NCBI GenBank assembly: GCA_002421665.1
Contig: DISH01000004.1
Location: 23,174 to 87,173, forward strand
Direction: 5' to 3'
DNA from: Candidatus Omnitrophica bacterium UBA6215
GTDB taxonomy: Bacteria > Omnitrophota > Gorgyraeia > Pluralincolimonadales > Pluralincolimonadaceae
Length of the DNA stretch: 64,000 nt
The notes beneath the pieces were generated by a model. The model was not told the origin of the DNA. It searched no databases and worked only from the letters and a program-made list of their open reading frames with translations. Shown here in pieces: positions 48,032-58,168 of the stretch. A program made the position numbers and the translations under genes. How positions within the stretch are numbered: position 1 is the stretch's first letter; the number at the start of each line of letters is the position of its first letter.

Positions 48032-48985
48032 GTGTTCAGGGAAAAGATAAAAGTTCTCGATTGCACTATAAGGGACGGCGGACTTATAAATAAGCATGAT
48101 TTCGACTTCAAGTTCGTCCGCGCGGTTTACAAGGCCCTGTCAGAATCAAAGATAGATTACATGGAGATAGGGTACAAGAATTCAAAGAAACTCTTCTCGG
48201 ACAAGGAATACGGGCAATGGAAATTCTGCGATGACGACGTTATAAATAAGGTCATAGAGGGCATAGAATCCGACACGAAGGTTTCCGTAATGGTGGATGT
48301 CGACCGCGTTGACATCGATGACATTAAACCCAGGAAAGAAAGCCCGGTCTCGATGGTGCGCGTAGCATGTTACGTAAAGGATATAGACAAGGCGATATAT
48401 CTTGCGAACGTATTTGCCGATAAAGGTTATGAGACCACGATCAACATAATGGCCATATCCAGGGCCCCCGACAACGAGCTTACCGAGGCGTTCCATCAGC
48501 TTGAGGAGGAGTGCAAGGCCGGGGTTATCTATCTTGTCGACAGTAACGGCGCCCTTTACCAGGAGACGACAGAACTGCTGGTCAAGAAGGCCAAGGGCAT
48601 AATAAAGACGAAAGAGATAGGCATTCATGCCCATAACAACCAGCAGCTCGCTTTTGCCAATACCATAGAAGCCGTTATCCACAACGCGAATTATATAGAC
48701 GGCACGGTATACGGCCTCGGAAGGGCGGCGGGCAACTGTCCCCTCGAACTTATACTGGGTTTCCTTAAGAACCCCAAATTCGATATACGTCCCGTCCTTG
48801 AACTGATCTCCAAAGAGTTGATACCCCTGCGAGAGAAGATGGAATGGGGATACATCATACCTTATGCTATCACCGGCATCCTGGACGAACATCCCCGCGC
48901 TGCCATGGCGCTGCGCAACAGCGAAAAAAAGGATGATTACAGGGAGTTCTACGAAAGCCTGATGGGGCATGGAGAAAACCAGTAA
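48032..48985 (+). CDS. HMGL-like (pyruvate carboxyltransferase / DRE-TIM aldolase) family protein
   Basis: LDCTIRDGG N-terminal motif of HMG-CoA lyase/isopropylmalate-synthase-like TIM barrels. Confidence 0.55.
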   Translation: MFREKIKVLDCTIRDGGLINKHDFDFKFVRAVYKALSESKIDYMEIGYKNSKKLFSDKEYGQWKFCDDDVINKVIEGIESDTKVSVMVDVDRVDIDDIKPRKESPVSMVRVACYVKDIDKAIYLANVFADKGYETTINIMAISRAPDNELTEAFHQLEEECKAGVIYLVDSNGALYQETTELLVKKAKGIIKTKEIGIHAHNNQQLAFANTIEAVIHNANYIDGTVYGLGRAAGNCPLELILGFLKNPKFDIRPVLELISKELIPLREKMEWGYIIPYAITGILDEHPRAAMALRNSEKKDDYREFYESLMGHGENQ

Positions 48986-51167
48986 TATATCGAAGAAGAG
49001 GATAAGGCTTGTCGCCCTGCTATTTATCGGCGTCTGCATTTTTTACGTTCTTTTCTGCCAGGCCGTCAATAAATTCCTCATACCGCGCGTAGTCATACCC
49101 AAAGTCAGGGAATACCTTGAGTCCGGGTTGACGGCCCCGTTCAGGGTTTCCGTAGGCGACATTAGTTTCGAGCCGGTCAGCGGGTTCCTGCTCAAGGATG
49201 TCCGCCTTTATACTTCACAGGGATCCCCCCTTAATTACGTTGCCGCATCTGAAAAAGTCGATGTAGACCTGGAATGGTATAAGCTTTTATTCGGACGGAT
49301 AGAGATAAAGCGATTCGACATGATGGGAGCGGATTTTGTGGTATCCCGCGATTCCAGCGGGGCCTGGGATTTCGCTCCGCTTTTTGCCGTGGATTTCGGC
49401 AGCGACAAGAAGTTCCGTAAGTTCAACGTCTGCGTAAAGGAGTTCAGGATGCTCGACGGCACCCTCAGGTATTCCGACCGCCTTATTCAGGGCAATACCA
49501 TCGACAGGACTTTCGGGATAACGAGGGCCTCGTTCACGGGCGACAGGAACGGCCATTACAACCTTGTCCTGCTCTGCACATCCCTTGACGACAGGCAGGA
49601 TTCCGTATCGTTCCTCATGGATTACATCCCTCGCGATCGTTCGGGAAAAGGCTCCATAGGGATAAGGACCTCAAGCATAAACGATTATTGGGACTATTAT
49701 CTCGACGATATATTTAAGCCATGGTCTATGCGCGCGGGTATAGCCGACCTGAAAGCTGATTTCAGTTTTGATGTAAGCGGCGTAAGCCTCAAGGGATCAT
49801 ACGCGATCAAGGACGGGGAATTGAGATACGGGGACTTCCTGGCTAAATGCGAAGTTTCTGTACGGCACGAGCTGGATTGCCCGCCGAAAGGCGCTCCGCT
49901 GTCTTGCGCGCAGGCGGTATTGACCGGGATCGAGATGTCGGCGGGGAAAAATACTTTTTTCACCGGAGGCAGATGCATCGCTTCGGTCAGCGGCGGGCAG
50001 ATAGAGGTGGCTTCGCTTACGGGCAGCCTTTTTGGCAAACCTGTCTCCTATAAGGGAAAGGTGTCAGGGGAAGAGCCTATAAGCGTCGACATGGAGGGCG
50101 ATATCTGCGGTTTACCCAACGCGATCGATATGCAATTCCCCGGCCCGGGCAAGGCCAAAGCGCAACTCAGGGTCCTGACCTCGGGATCAGCGCTTATCGT
50201 GGACGCAGATACGGGCAGCCTTGATAACCTCGAATTCCGTTTCAAGGTCTCCGGAGGAGCAGAGATTTCGGAGATAGGACCGGTATTCGGCATCAGCAAA
50301 GACGATATGTCGGGAAAGATTACCGCCTCCGGCGAGCTGACGGGAGAGCTTGACCGCGCCGAGACCTTCAACGGCAGCCTGGGCCTCAAGTTGAACGATT
50401 TCTCCGTTCTCGGTATAAAGCCGAAGGACTGTTCATTCTCTTCGAAGATAGAGAACGGGTTGTTTGACGGGAGTATACCGCAGTTCGACTTCTATGGAGG
50501 CACAGCCGAGGCGCAAGTCAGGCTGGATTCCGGGAAGTGGGGGTTTGAATTGGACCTCGATAAGTGCGACCTCGAGGAGGCCTCGCATGACAGCCCGCAT
50601 CTTGCGGGAATAAAAGGCGTGGTAAGCGCCAACCTGGCCTGCATCGGCCGGTGGGACAGGTCAGAACCTGCTTCAGGCGGCGGTTATCTCAATGTTTCGA
50701 ATTGCAGTTTCAAGTCGGCCCCGATCTTTAAAGCAGCGGAGCAGGGTATAGGTTCGGTTGTCGGCGGGTTCAGCATGCCGGATTTCAAACAGATAAAGAC
50801 CGTATTAAAGATAGCCAACAGGAAAGTCTCTATCCAGGGGGACTGCAGCGCTCCACTTATGAGGCTGGAGATATCCGGTACGTATGACATCAACGGATCG
50901 GTCGAGATGACGGCCGGCGCCAATGTTTCGCAGATGAACCCGATAAGGACGGCAAGGCAGATAATACTGCCGGTAACGATAAGCCTGGACATGGTCAGGG
51001 ACGGTATAGTGGTCCAGATAACCGGCAAATGGCCCGACCTGAAACAGCAGACCGTGATAAAGCCGCTCAGGGGTTTTGGGGAACTTTTCGGGTTTATGAA
51101 CAGCCTGTCATTAAAGAGGTATAAACTTGATGAGCTCTGGGCACAAGAGACAGCACCTTCTAAATAA
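48969..51167 (+). CDS. AsmA-like large envelope protein (N-terminal TM anchor)
   Basis: 732 aa, single N-terminal TM, Gly/Ser-rich beta-rich body. Confidence 0.45.
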   Translation: MEKTSNISKKRIRLVALLFIGVCIFYVLFCQAVNKFLIPRVVIPKVREYLESGLTAPFRVSVGDISFEPVSGFLLKDVRLYTSQGSPLNYVAASEKVDVDLEWYKLLFGRIEIKRFDMMGADFVVSRDSSGAWDFAPLFAVDFGSDKKFRKFNVCVKEFRMLDGTLRYSDRLIQGNTIDRTFGITRASFTGDRNGHYNLVLLCTSLDDRQDSVSFLMDYIPRDRSGKGSIGIRTSSINDYWDYYLDDIFKPWSMRAGIADLKADFSFDVSGVSLKGSYAIKDGELRYGDFLAKCEVSVRHELDCPPKGAPLSCAQAVLTGIEMSAGKNTFFTGGRCIASVSGGQIEVASLTGSLFGKPVSYKGKVSGEEPISVDMEGDICGLPNAIDMQFPGPGKAKAQLRVLTSGSALIVDADTGSLDNLEFRFKVSGGAEISEIGPVFGISKDDMSGKITASGELTGELDRAETFNGSLGLKLNDFSVLGIKPKDCSFSSKIENGLFDGSIPQFDFYGGTAEAQVRLDSGKWGFELDLDKCDLEEASHDSPHLAGIKGVVSANLACIGRWDRSEPASGGGYLNVSNCSFKSAPIFKAAEQGIGSVVGGFSMPDFKQIKTVLKIANRKVSIQGDCSAPLMRLEISGTYDINGSVEMTAGANVSQMNPIRTARQIILPVTISLDMVRDGIVVQITGKWPDLKQQTVIKPLRGFGELFGFMNSLSLKRYKLDELWAQETAPSK

Positions 51168-51555
51168 AAAAATATACTACCACGATACCGATTGCGGGGG
51201 AGTGGTGTATTACGCGAATTACCTGAAATACCTTGAGGAAGGCCGTACGGAGTTTCTCGGGTCTCTTGGTATAAATGCTCCCGATTACGCGCGCAAGGGC
51301 GTAGTTTTTCCGGTGGTGCGCATTGAAGCCGATTACAAAGCCCCGGCCCGTTACGGCGACAAGATAACTGTCTTGACCTCGCTTGAAAAGGCGGGCAGGG
51401 CTTCGGTCATGTTCTGCCAGCAGGTAAAGAGGGATGACATACTGCTTTTTTCCGGAATCGTGACATTGGCCTGCGTAGACAGCCGCATGAAGACCCGCCC
51501 CATGCCCGCAGAGATAAGAGAGAAGATCGAAGAATGGATATCAGCAGGCGCATAA
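51127..51555 (+). CDS. acyl-CoA thioesterase, YbgC/4HBT hotdog family
   Basis: YHDTDCGGVVYYANYLKYLEEGRTEFL motif. Confidence 0.8.
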   Translation: MMSSGHKRQHLLNKKIYYHDTDCGGVVYYANYLKYLEEGRTEFLGSLGINAPDYARKGVVFPVVRIEADYKAPARYGDKITVLTSLEKAGRASVMFCQQVKRDDILLFSGIVTLACVDSRMKTRPMPAEIREKIEEWISAGA

Positions 51556-52508
51556 AAAAACTTTCCCTCGTATTGGCAGTAGCCGCTATCCTGGCGGCGA
51601 TAAGCTTTCTGGCATGGCTCAACCACAGGGATTTTGAGCGGGCCATGTTGAAGCAGGCGCGGAAACAGCTGCATATCATAGCGAAGTCCGAGGCCCAGAG
51701 CATAGAGGAATACATGAGCGACATCCACCGCGAGATGGAGATACTCTCTTCCGAAGGGATAGTCCGGTCGGCTGTCAGGGGCAGGGACGTTGATTCCGCG
51801 GTTTTTCAAGAGGTCCTTTCAGGCGCTTATGAAGATACCAAGTCGCTCGTGGAGGCCTTATATCTTATGGATGCGGAAGGCAGGATCATTGCGTTTGCCC
51901 CGCCGGGGATCAAGCCCTCCGAGGGCGGTCTTTTATCGTGTACCGACGTAAAAGAGATGCTCTCCGGGAAAAGGTCGTTTACGACCGGAGTATTCATGCA
52001 AGCGCCCCGGGACAGGGTCGTGGCGGCGCTTTGTCCCGTGTTTGACGGTCCGGATTTCGCCGGGTTCTTGAGGGCTGTCATATCCGTGGACAGGATAGAG
52101 GCGCTTGTTGCGCATATAAATACGGAAAAGGATATCAACATAGAGATCTTCGACGAGAACGGAATGGTCATAAATTACGTCGGAGAGAATGTGATAACCC
52201 GCCCGGTCTCTGCTTCCGTACCCATAAAGGTCGGTTCCGAGAACTGGTCTGTAAAAGTAACTATGGATTACGCTGCCATAGTCAATCCTATAAATAAGAA
52301 CGCGCGTGATAACCTGATCTTCGTGTGTTTTGTCCTGATAGTCCTGGGCGCAGCCGGAACGGTTCTCTACCGGATAGAAAAGAGGAACGCCGAGCTGTCC
52401 ATATCCAAGACAGTGGCCGACCTGATAAATAAGCAGCTGCATCTGGAGATCGATAAGCGCCGCGAGATAGAGAGAAAACTCAAAGATTGCATGAGGGGAA
52501 GGCAGTAA
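51534..52508 (+). CDS. membrane Cache-like sensor protein without output domain
   Basis: TM1, about 250-aa extracytoplasmic domain, TM2, then a short coiled-coil tail. Confidence 0.5.
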   Translation: MDISRRIKKLSLVLAVAAILAAISFLAWLNHRDFERAMLKQARKQLHIIAKSEAQSIEEYMSDIHREMEILSSEGIVRSAVRGRDVDSAVFQEVLSGAYEDTKSLVEALYLMDAEGRIIAFAPPGIKPSEGGLLSCTDVKEMLSGKRSFTTGVFMQAPRDRVVAALCPVFDGPDFAGFLRAVISVDRIEALVAHINTEKDINIEIFDENGMVINYVGENVITRPVSASVPIKVGSENWSVKVTMDYAAIVNPINKNARDNLIFVCFVLIVLGAAGTVLYRIEKRNAELSISKTVADLINKQLHLEIDKRREIERKLKDCMRGRQ

Positions 52509-52592
52509 AGATAGCCCTTGACACCGGATAACGGTTATATTATAAATAGAAATGTTTTCTATTTATAACCTGTGGGACAGGAGGTACGTACC

Positions 52593-53942
52593 ATGCGTTG
52601 TCTGCCGTTATTGCTATTGTCTGCCGCTCTATGCGCGCCCAGCCCTTTATACGCCGACGAGGCTGCCGTCATGGACAGGCTGAAGGCCCTTGAGCAGAAG
52701 ATCGACGTCCTGGAGAAGAAGCTTTCAGACCAGGAAAAATGCATGAAAGACCAGGAGTCGTGCATAGCCGACCAGCAGAAGAAGATCTCGGAATACGAGG
52801 CGAAATTCAAGGACATGGACCAGCAGCTCCACAGGCAGACCGGCCCGGAGACCCTCGTTACGGACGGGCTTAGGATAGGCGTGGGGGCTACAATGGTCGT
52901 CCAGGGTACTGATAACACGAATGCCACCGAAGAGAAGAAGAATTCAAAGGCAGACGCATCTTTCTCCGAAGACATAACAATATTGAAAGAGTTCGAAGGC
53001 CTCAACAGCCAGGCCTTTATCCATCTTGAGGCGGGCCAGGGCGCCGGGCTGACCAACGACCTTTCTCTCTACAGTAACGTGGATTACGATGCCAATGACG
53101 AGGAAAATGTCACGGTATCGGAAATATGGTATGAGCAGGGCCTCTTTTCGGACAAGGCCCTCCTGACTTTCGGAAAACTTGACCCGACGGCCTATTTCGA
53201 TAACAACGAAGCGGCCAACGACGAGACCACCCAGTTCCTGAGCGACATATTCCGCAATAATCCCGCTATCGAGTTCCCGGATAACACCCTCGCCATAAGG
53301 GCGGCGGCCATTCCGGTCGATTGGCTCGAGCTGAATTACGGCGTATTCGACGGCGACAGCGACTGGGACGATATAGGCGATAATCTTTTCAATGTCGGCC
53401 AGGTTACCTTCAAGACCGGGTTCTTCGGACTCCCCGGCAATTACAGGTTCTTCGGCTGGTCCAACAAGTCGCGACATACGAAATGGCTTGATCCGGCAAA
53501 GGAGAAGGAAGGGGCCTATGGTTTCGGCTTAAGCTTCGACCAGAAAGCCAACGATATCATAACCCTCTTCGCGCGATACGGGTGGCAGAATCCCAAGGTA
53601 TTCAATCCTGACATAACGGCTTCGGGGGACCTGAATTACTCGCTTAAGCATTCATGGAGCGCGGGCCTTCAGATAGAGGGCAAGCCCTGGAATAGGGAGA
53701 ACGATGTTTTTGCCCTGGCGGTAGGCCAGGCGATACCTTCGAAAGATTACAAGAGCGCTTTCGATACTCCGCTTGAATGCAAGAGCGAAGGCCACCTGGA
53801 AGCGTATTACAGGTTCCACATAAACGACCATCTTTCCGTTAGCCCGGACCTGCAATATATATGGAATCCTTTCGGAAAGGACATAGCCGACGACACGGAA
53901 GGAATATTCGTCTACGGGTTAAGGACGCAGGTGGATTTTTAA
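52593..53942 (+). CDS. OprB-family porin with N-terminal coiled-coil
   Basis: GGAGG SD, signal peptide, coiled-coil (LKALEQKIDVLEKKLSDQEK). C-terminal DLQYIWNPFG...YGLRTQVDF. Paralog of 9536-10726. Confidence 0.65.
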   Translation: MRCLPLLLLSAALCAPSPLYADEAAVMDRLKALEQKIDVLEKKLSDQEKCMKDQESCIADQQKKISEYEAKFKDMDQQLHRQTGPETLVTDGLRIGVGATMVVQGTDNTNATEEKKNSKADASFSEDITILKEFEGLNSQAFIHLEAGQGAGLTNDLSLYSNVDYDANDEENVTVSEIWYEQGLFSDKALLTFGKLDPTAYFDNNEAANDETTQFLSDIFRNNPAIEFPDNTLAIRAAAIPVDWLELNYGVFDGDSDWDDIGDNLFNVGQVTFKTGFFGLPGNYRFFGWSNKSRHTKWLDPAKEKEGAYGFGLSFDQKANDIITLFARYGWQNPKVFNPDITASGDLNYSLKHSWSAGLQIEGKPWNRENDVFALAVGQAIPSKDYKSAFDTPLECKSEGHLEAYYRFHINDHLSVSPDLQYIWNPFGKDIADDTEGIFVYGLRTQVDF

Positions 53943-53964
53943 AGTTAGAAGGCCTGATCGCAGC

Positions 53965-54006
53965 GCAAATCCCAGGTAAAAAAATACTTGGGATTTGCGT
54001 TTTTTG
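53965..54006 (+). terminator. Rho-independent terminator
   Basis: GCAAATCCCAGGT / ACTTGGGATTTGC 13-bp stem (1 mismatch), A-rich loop, then GTTTTTTGA. Confidence 0.7.
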
Positions 54007-54059
54007 ATGTATAATTTACCAGTAGTTCCCGACACCGGCCAAAGAATGGGGAGGTCCGC

Positions 54060-55037
54060 ATGAAAAATAAAGCCTTGATCCGCGGTGCAGTGGTTTTGTC
54101 ATTGTTATTCTGCATGAATTCCATTTTTGCTTCAGACTGGTTCGTCAGTAAACAGGACAGGGTCGCCAAGAGAGACCTGCAGCTCCAGGAACTGCAGGAG
54201 AAATTCCATTGGTGGCCTACCGATGCCCAGCCGTCGCCTGTAAAAGACGCGGACATGGGAGGTTACTGGTGGATGCCAACCCAGCCCGGCGCTTCTACCC
54301 CGTGGGGAAACAGGGGTTATATATATGTATATAAGCTCATCTATGATTATAAGGCCGATGAATTGCCCCCGGCACAGCCTAAGGAACTAAGGCCTTCGCT
54401 GCTTATAAAGAACATAAAGAAGAACGTCAAGATATATTTCGATTATGACAAGGCCGCCATACGCGACGACGCCAGGAAGATACTGGATAATGCCGTATGG
54501 ACCCTCAAGCATAACCCGGAATGCAGCATTCTTATAACCGGAAACTGCGACATACGCGGCAGCGAGAAGTATAACGAGAAGCTTGGGCGCCGCAGGGCCG
54601 AGGCGATCAGGCAGTACATGGCCGATAATGGCATATCCGAAAGCTCCATCAAGATAGTCAGCCGCGGAAAACTGGATGCCGTTGCCCCGGTAACGGACCT
54701 GGTCGGTATGCAGAAAGACCGCAATGCCCAGTTCATGATAGCCGAGGTAGAGGAGGTCATGATACCGGCCCCCGACGAAGCCCCCGTGGAGATATCCGAC
54801 GCGACAAAAGTCTCTGAAAATAGGTACCTCCTGGAAGAAGAGAAGAACGTGGAGAGCAGGGTCAGGGTTTCCACGAGGGAATACACGGTAAAGAAAGGGG
54901 ATACCTTATCCTCGATAGCCAAACAAGAACTTGGCAAGGCCAATAGGTGGAAATATCTTTACGAGATCAATAAAGACAGGATCAAAGACCCGAACAAGCT
55001 TAAAGCGGGCACAAAAATAATCATTCCCATAGAATGA
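54060..55037 (+). CDS. OmpA-family protein with C-terminal LysM domain
   Basis: Signal peptide. OmpA_C core (NCDIRGSEKYNEKLGRRRAEA). LysM (YTVKKGDTLSSIAK...GTKIIIP). Confidence 0.8.
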   Translation: MKNKALIRGAVVLSLLFCMNSIFASDWFVSKQDRVAKRDLQLQELQEKFHWWPTDAQPSPVKDADMGGYWWMPTQPGASTPWGNRGYIYVYKLIYDYKADELPPAQPKELRPSLLIKNIKKNVKIYFDYDKAAIRDDARKILDNAVWTLKHNPECSILITGNCDIRGSEKYNEKLGRRRAEAIRQYMADNGISESSIKIVSRGKLDAVAPVTDLVGMQKDRNAQFMIAEVEEVMIPAPDEAPVEISDATKVSENRYLLEEEKNVESRVRVSTREYTVKKGDTLSSIAKQELGKANRWKYLYEINKDRIKDPNKLKAGTKIIIPIE

Positions 55038-56626
55038 AATTTATCGAAATTGTGAACACTCCCCGGTTCCGTCTTCGCCTGCTGTTGGCCGTTTTTGCGG
55101 CGCTGGTTGCCGCTAGATTAGCGGTCCATGCCTTCGGGGTCTCTCTCGGCTATCTCTATCTTATACTGATATGCCTTGGGGGTCTCTGGTTCGGGTACAA
55201 GGGCGGCATCCTTTCGGCCACCGCCGCTTCCGCCGTATTCCTCTTCGAGATAAGCCTTTACCGCGATTGGCCCCTCAGGGATGCAGTGGCCGGAAACTCG
55301 CTTTCGCGGATATTTTTCTATTACCTGGGCGGCCTGGTCATGGCAATGCTCGCCGATGCCGAAAGGCGGTTCAGGAGCGGCAACCTCAAGAAATTCCTGT
55401 CGGCGAAGAAAAAGAAGATATTCACAGATGAGCCCCTGTCCACCAGGGACAGGTTCCTCGATGTAACTTCATCGAACAAATTCCGCATATGGTTCCTGAT
55501 ATGCGGTTTTCTGGTATTTGTCGGGATAAGGCTGGGTTCGCACGCTTTCGGGTTTTCTCTGGGTTATCTCTATCTTACACTTGTCTGTCTTGCGGGGTTT
55601 TGGTTCGGGCTGCCGGGGGGCCTTATCTCTGCTGCGGCTGCATCGGCCATATTTTTCGCGGAGGTAAACCTTTTCCCCGATTGGCCCCTCAGGGATGTCG
55701 TTGTCAAAAGCATGTATCTTAGGATGCTCTTCTTTTTCGCGGGCGGTATCGCGATGTCATTCCTGTCAGAGATGGACAGGCAGTTGAGGGAGAAGCTCAA
55801 AGAACTCGCCAGGTACGATGAGCTCACCAATTGCGTAAATTTCAGGTGGATAATGGAGATCCTGGCCAGCGAAATAAACCGCTGCCGCCGTTACCATAAA
55901 GAGATGGCGGTCATAATGATGGACATCGACCATTTCAAGGATATAAACGACAAATTCGGGCATGTCGCCGGCAACAAAGTTCTCAGGGAGTTCGCTGCGA
56001 CCGTGAAGGCCAATGTGAGGAACGTGGATATAGTAGGCAGGTACGGGGGAGAGGAGTTCCTTATCGTCCTGCCCGAGGCCAACCATAAGCAGGCCCTCAG
56101 GGTCCTCGAGAGGGTAAAGAGCAAAATGGTTGAGATGAAATTGCCTTTTAATATGGCCGAAGATGGGCTAAAGCCTGTCCTTCATTTCAGCGCAGGCATC
56201 GCATCCTTCCCGCTTAACGGAAAAGGCCTTGAGGAGATAATTAACGTTGCCGACAGGGCGCTGTACCAGGCGAAATCCGGAGGCCGGAACCGCATAATAG
56301 TCGAGAGGAGGAGGTTCATCAGGATAAAGCCCCTGTCGAGCCTTAACGTGGAATTTTCGGAACCCGTATCCGATAAAGATCTTAAGGTAGTGGAGATAGT
56401 CAATATCTCCGAGAGCGGGATACTGGCCGTCTTAGGCAGCCAGACTCAATGCGAGGAGATCATCTGCAGGATACACCTGCCCGGCAAGAATTCCAAGACT
56501 GAATTGAAGTGCAAGGTTGTCCATAAGGAGCGTCCCGATAAAGACCTCTACCTTATGGGGATGTATTTTATGAATGCCGATCCTTCCCTGAAGGAGGCGC
56601 TCTCCGCCCTGGCAGGCGTCAAATGA
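55034..56626 (+). CDS. diguanylate cyclase (GGDEF) with duplicated N-terminal membrane module and C-terminal PilZ domain
   Basis: RYGGEEF active site; two about 90-aa homologous TM modules; PilZ-like C-terminal about 110 aa. Confidence 0.75.
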   Translation: MKFIEIVNTPRFRLRLLLAVFAALVAARLAVHAFGVSLGYLYLILICLGGLWFGYKGGILSATAASAVFLFEISLYRDWPLRDAVAGNSLSRIFFYYLGGLVMAMLADAERRFRSGNLKKFLSAKKKKIFTDEPLSTRDRFLDVTSSNKFRIWFLICGFLVFVGIRLGSHAFGFSLGYLYLTLVCLAGFWFGLPGGLISAAAASAIFFAEVNLFPDWPLRDVVVKSMYLRMLFFFAGGIAMSFLSEMDRQLREKLKELARYDELTNCVNFRWIMEILASEINRCRRYHKEMAVIMMDIDHFKDINDKFGHVAGNKVLREFAATVKANVRNVDIVGRYGGEEFLIVLPEANHKQALRVLERVKSKMVEMKLPFNMAEDGLKPVLHFSAGIASFPLNGKGLEEIINVADRALYQAKSGGRNRIIVERRRFIRIKPLSSLNVEFSEPVSDKDLKVVEIVNISESGILAVLGSQTQCEEIICRIHLPGKNSKTELKCKVVHKERPDKDLYLMGMYFMNADPSLKEALSALAGVK

Positions 56627-58091
56627 TCAACTTCCGGTCCTTAACCAGAGGGTTTTCCTTTATTTCCTTAGATACTGATTCGCTCAGGCCGGGTTTGCCC
56701 AGTTTAAAATACATGTAATTCTTGTATCCTTCCACACCGGGCTGGTCGAAAGCATTTATCCCCAGGAGCTCGCCTTCAAAAGCCGTGGCCATTTCGAAGA
56801 AGAAGAGGAGCGCGCCCCAATGGTAAGCCGACACTTCAGGCATTATGACGGTGCAATTCGGCCTGGATTCCCTGACAAGCGCCCACTCGGTGGCTTCCTG
56901 CGCAAGACCCATGAGGCCGGAGTACTTCTTGCCCGATAAGATACCGTTGCCTGACGGTATCCTCAATTCCCGCGCGAACTTTTCCACTCGGATAAATGTA
57001 ACCGCCTTATTATTCATTCCCTCGATGTTATTTTGCTGTATCGAATGCAGGTCATTTGTGCCGCGCGCGGATATCGGGGTACGTCCGACGTTGACCGTCC
57101 TGCCGTTTTCATTTATCCACGCTTCTCCGCCGTCCCGGGATTTTTCCACTTTCCTGGCGTATTTTTTCCCGAGGCTCTCGGCCAGCATCTGTATATACCA
57201 GTCGGCGGTAGATTTCAGGGTTTCGGAGAAGGGCATCAATATAGCTATGTCTTTGCCTTTCATCCTGTAGAGTATCGTGTGGAGCGCTGCATACATATAT
57301 GCCGGGTTCTTGTATACGTCCGGAGTTGAGCAACGCTTTGACATATCCGCGGCGCCCTTCAGGACCTTGCGTATATCCACGCCTATTATTGCCAGGTGGA
57401 GCAGGCCCATATTGAATTCCGAGAAACGCCCTCCGACGCCCTTCATAAGAGGCAGGCTCCTGAAGCTTAGCCTGTCTTTTTTCTGTTCGGCATCCACGGT
57501 TTTCCTGAGACTGCCGGAAGCCGGGTCGGTTATGGCGAAGACCTGCCTGCCGTAGCGTTTGCCGATGCTTTTCCTGAGCCATTCCTGTACGGCTATGAAG
57601 GCCGCTTTTGTCTCGGTCGTCTCTCCGGACTTGGATATTACTACCACGAAAGTTTTCTTGGGGTTCAGGTTCTTCAGCAGGACGCTTAAGGTGTCCGGGT
57701 CAAGGTTGTTTCCCTCGAAGTATACGCGCGGCCTGTTTCCCCTGGCCCCTGCGAAATCGTTATAATAGGGGGAGCAGAGCGCGTCCTGGGCGGCCTTGAG
57801 CCCGAGGTATGAACCGCCTATGCCGAGCGATATGACGTTCTCGTATTTTTTTGCTATTTCATTACCGAGTTTCCGGATCGCCTCGACGGTTTTTTCGTCC
57901 TGGAAGGGCAGGCGCGCCCACTCCAGGCCTATGCATATCCTGGAGGCCTTGTCCGAAAGGACGCCGCTTAAATGATCGTGCGCCTCCTTGATAGAGTAGG
58001 AGAGGGCCTCGAGCTCGGATTCATCGACGCCGTGCCCGTTCCCTACACGGGCCCCGAACATATTATTGAAGTCAAACCTGATCTTGTCCAT
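56619..58091 (-). CDS. pgi: glucose-6-phosphate isomerase
   Basis: 490 aa; FDQPGVEGYK PGI signature; SIS domains. Confidence 0.75.
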   Translation of the reverse strand: MDKIRFDFNNMFGARVGNGHGVDESELEALSYSIKEAHDHLSGVLSDKASRICIGLEWARLPFQDEKTVEAIRKLGNEIAKKYENVISLGIGGSYLGLKAAQDALCSPYYNDFAGARGNRPRVYFEGNNLDPDTLSVLLKNLNPKKTFVVVISKSGETTETKAAFIAVQEWLRKSIGKRYGRQVFAITDPASGSLRKTVDAEQKKDRLSFRSLPLMKGVGGRFSEFNMGLLHLAIIGVDIRKVLKGAADMSKRCSTPDVYKNPAYMYAALHTILYRMKGKDIAILMPFSETLKSTADWYIQMLAESLGKKYARKVEKSRDGGEAWINENGRTVNVGRTPISARGTNDLHSIQQNNIEGMNNKAVTFIRVEKFARELRIPSGNGILSGKKYSGLMGLAQEATEWALVRESRPNCTVIMPEVSAYHWGALLFFFEMATAFEGELLGINAFDQPGVEGYKNYMYFKLGKPGLSESVSKEIKENPLVKDRKLII

Positions 58092-58168
58092 GGGAGGATC
58101 CTTTCTGTTTTTGGTTTGCCTATTTTACTACTCTTTGATACAATAAATCAACAAAAAGGAGTCTCGCC

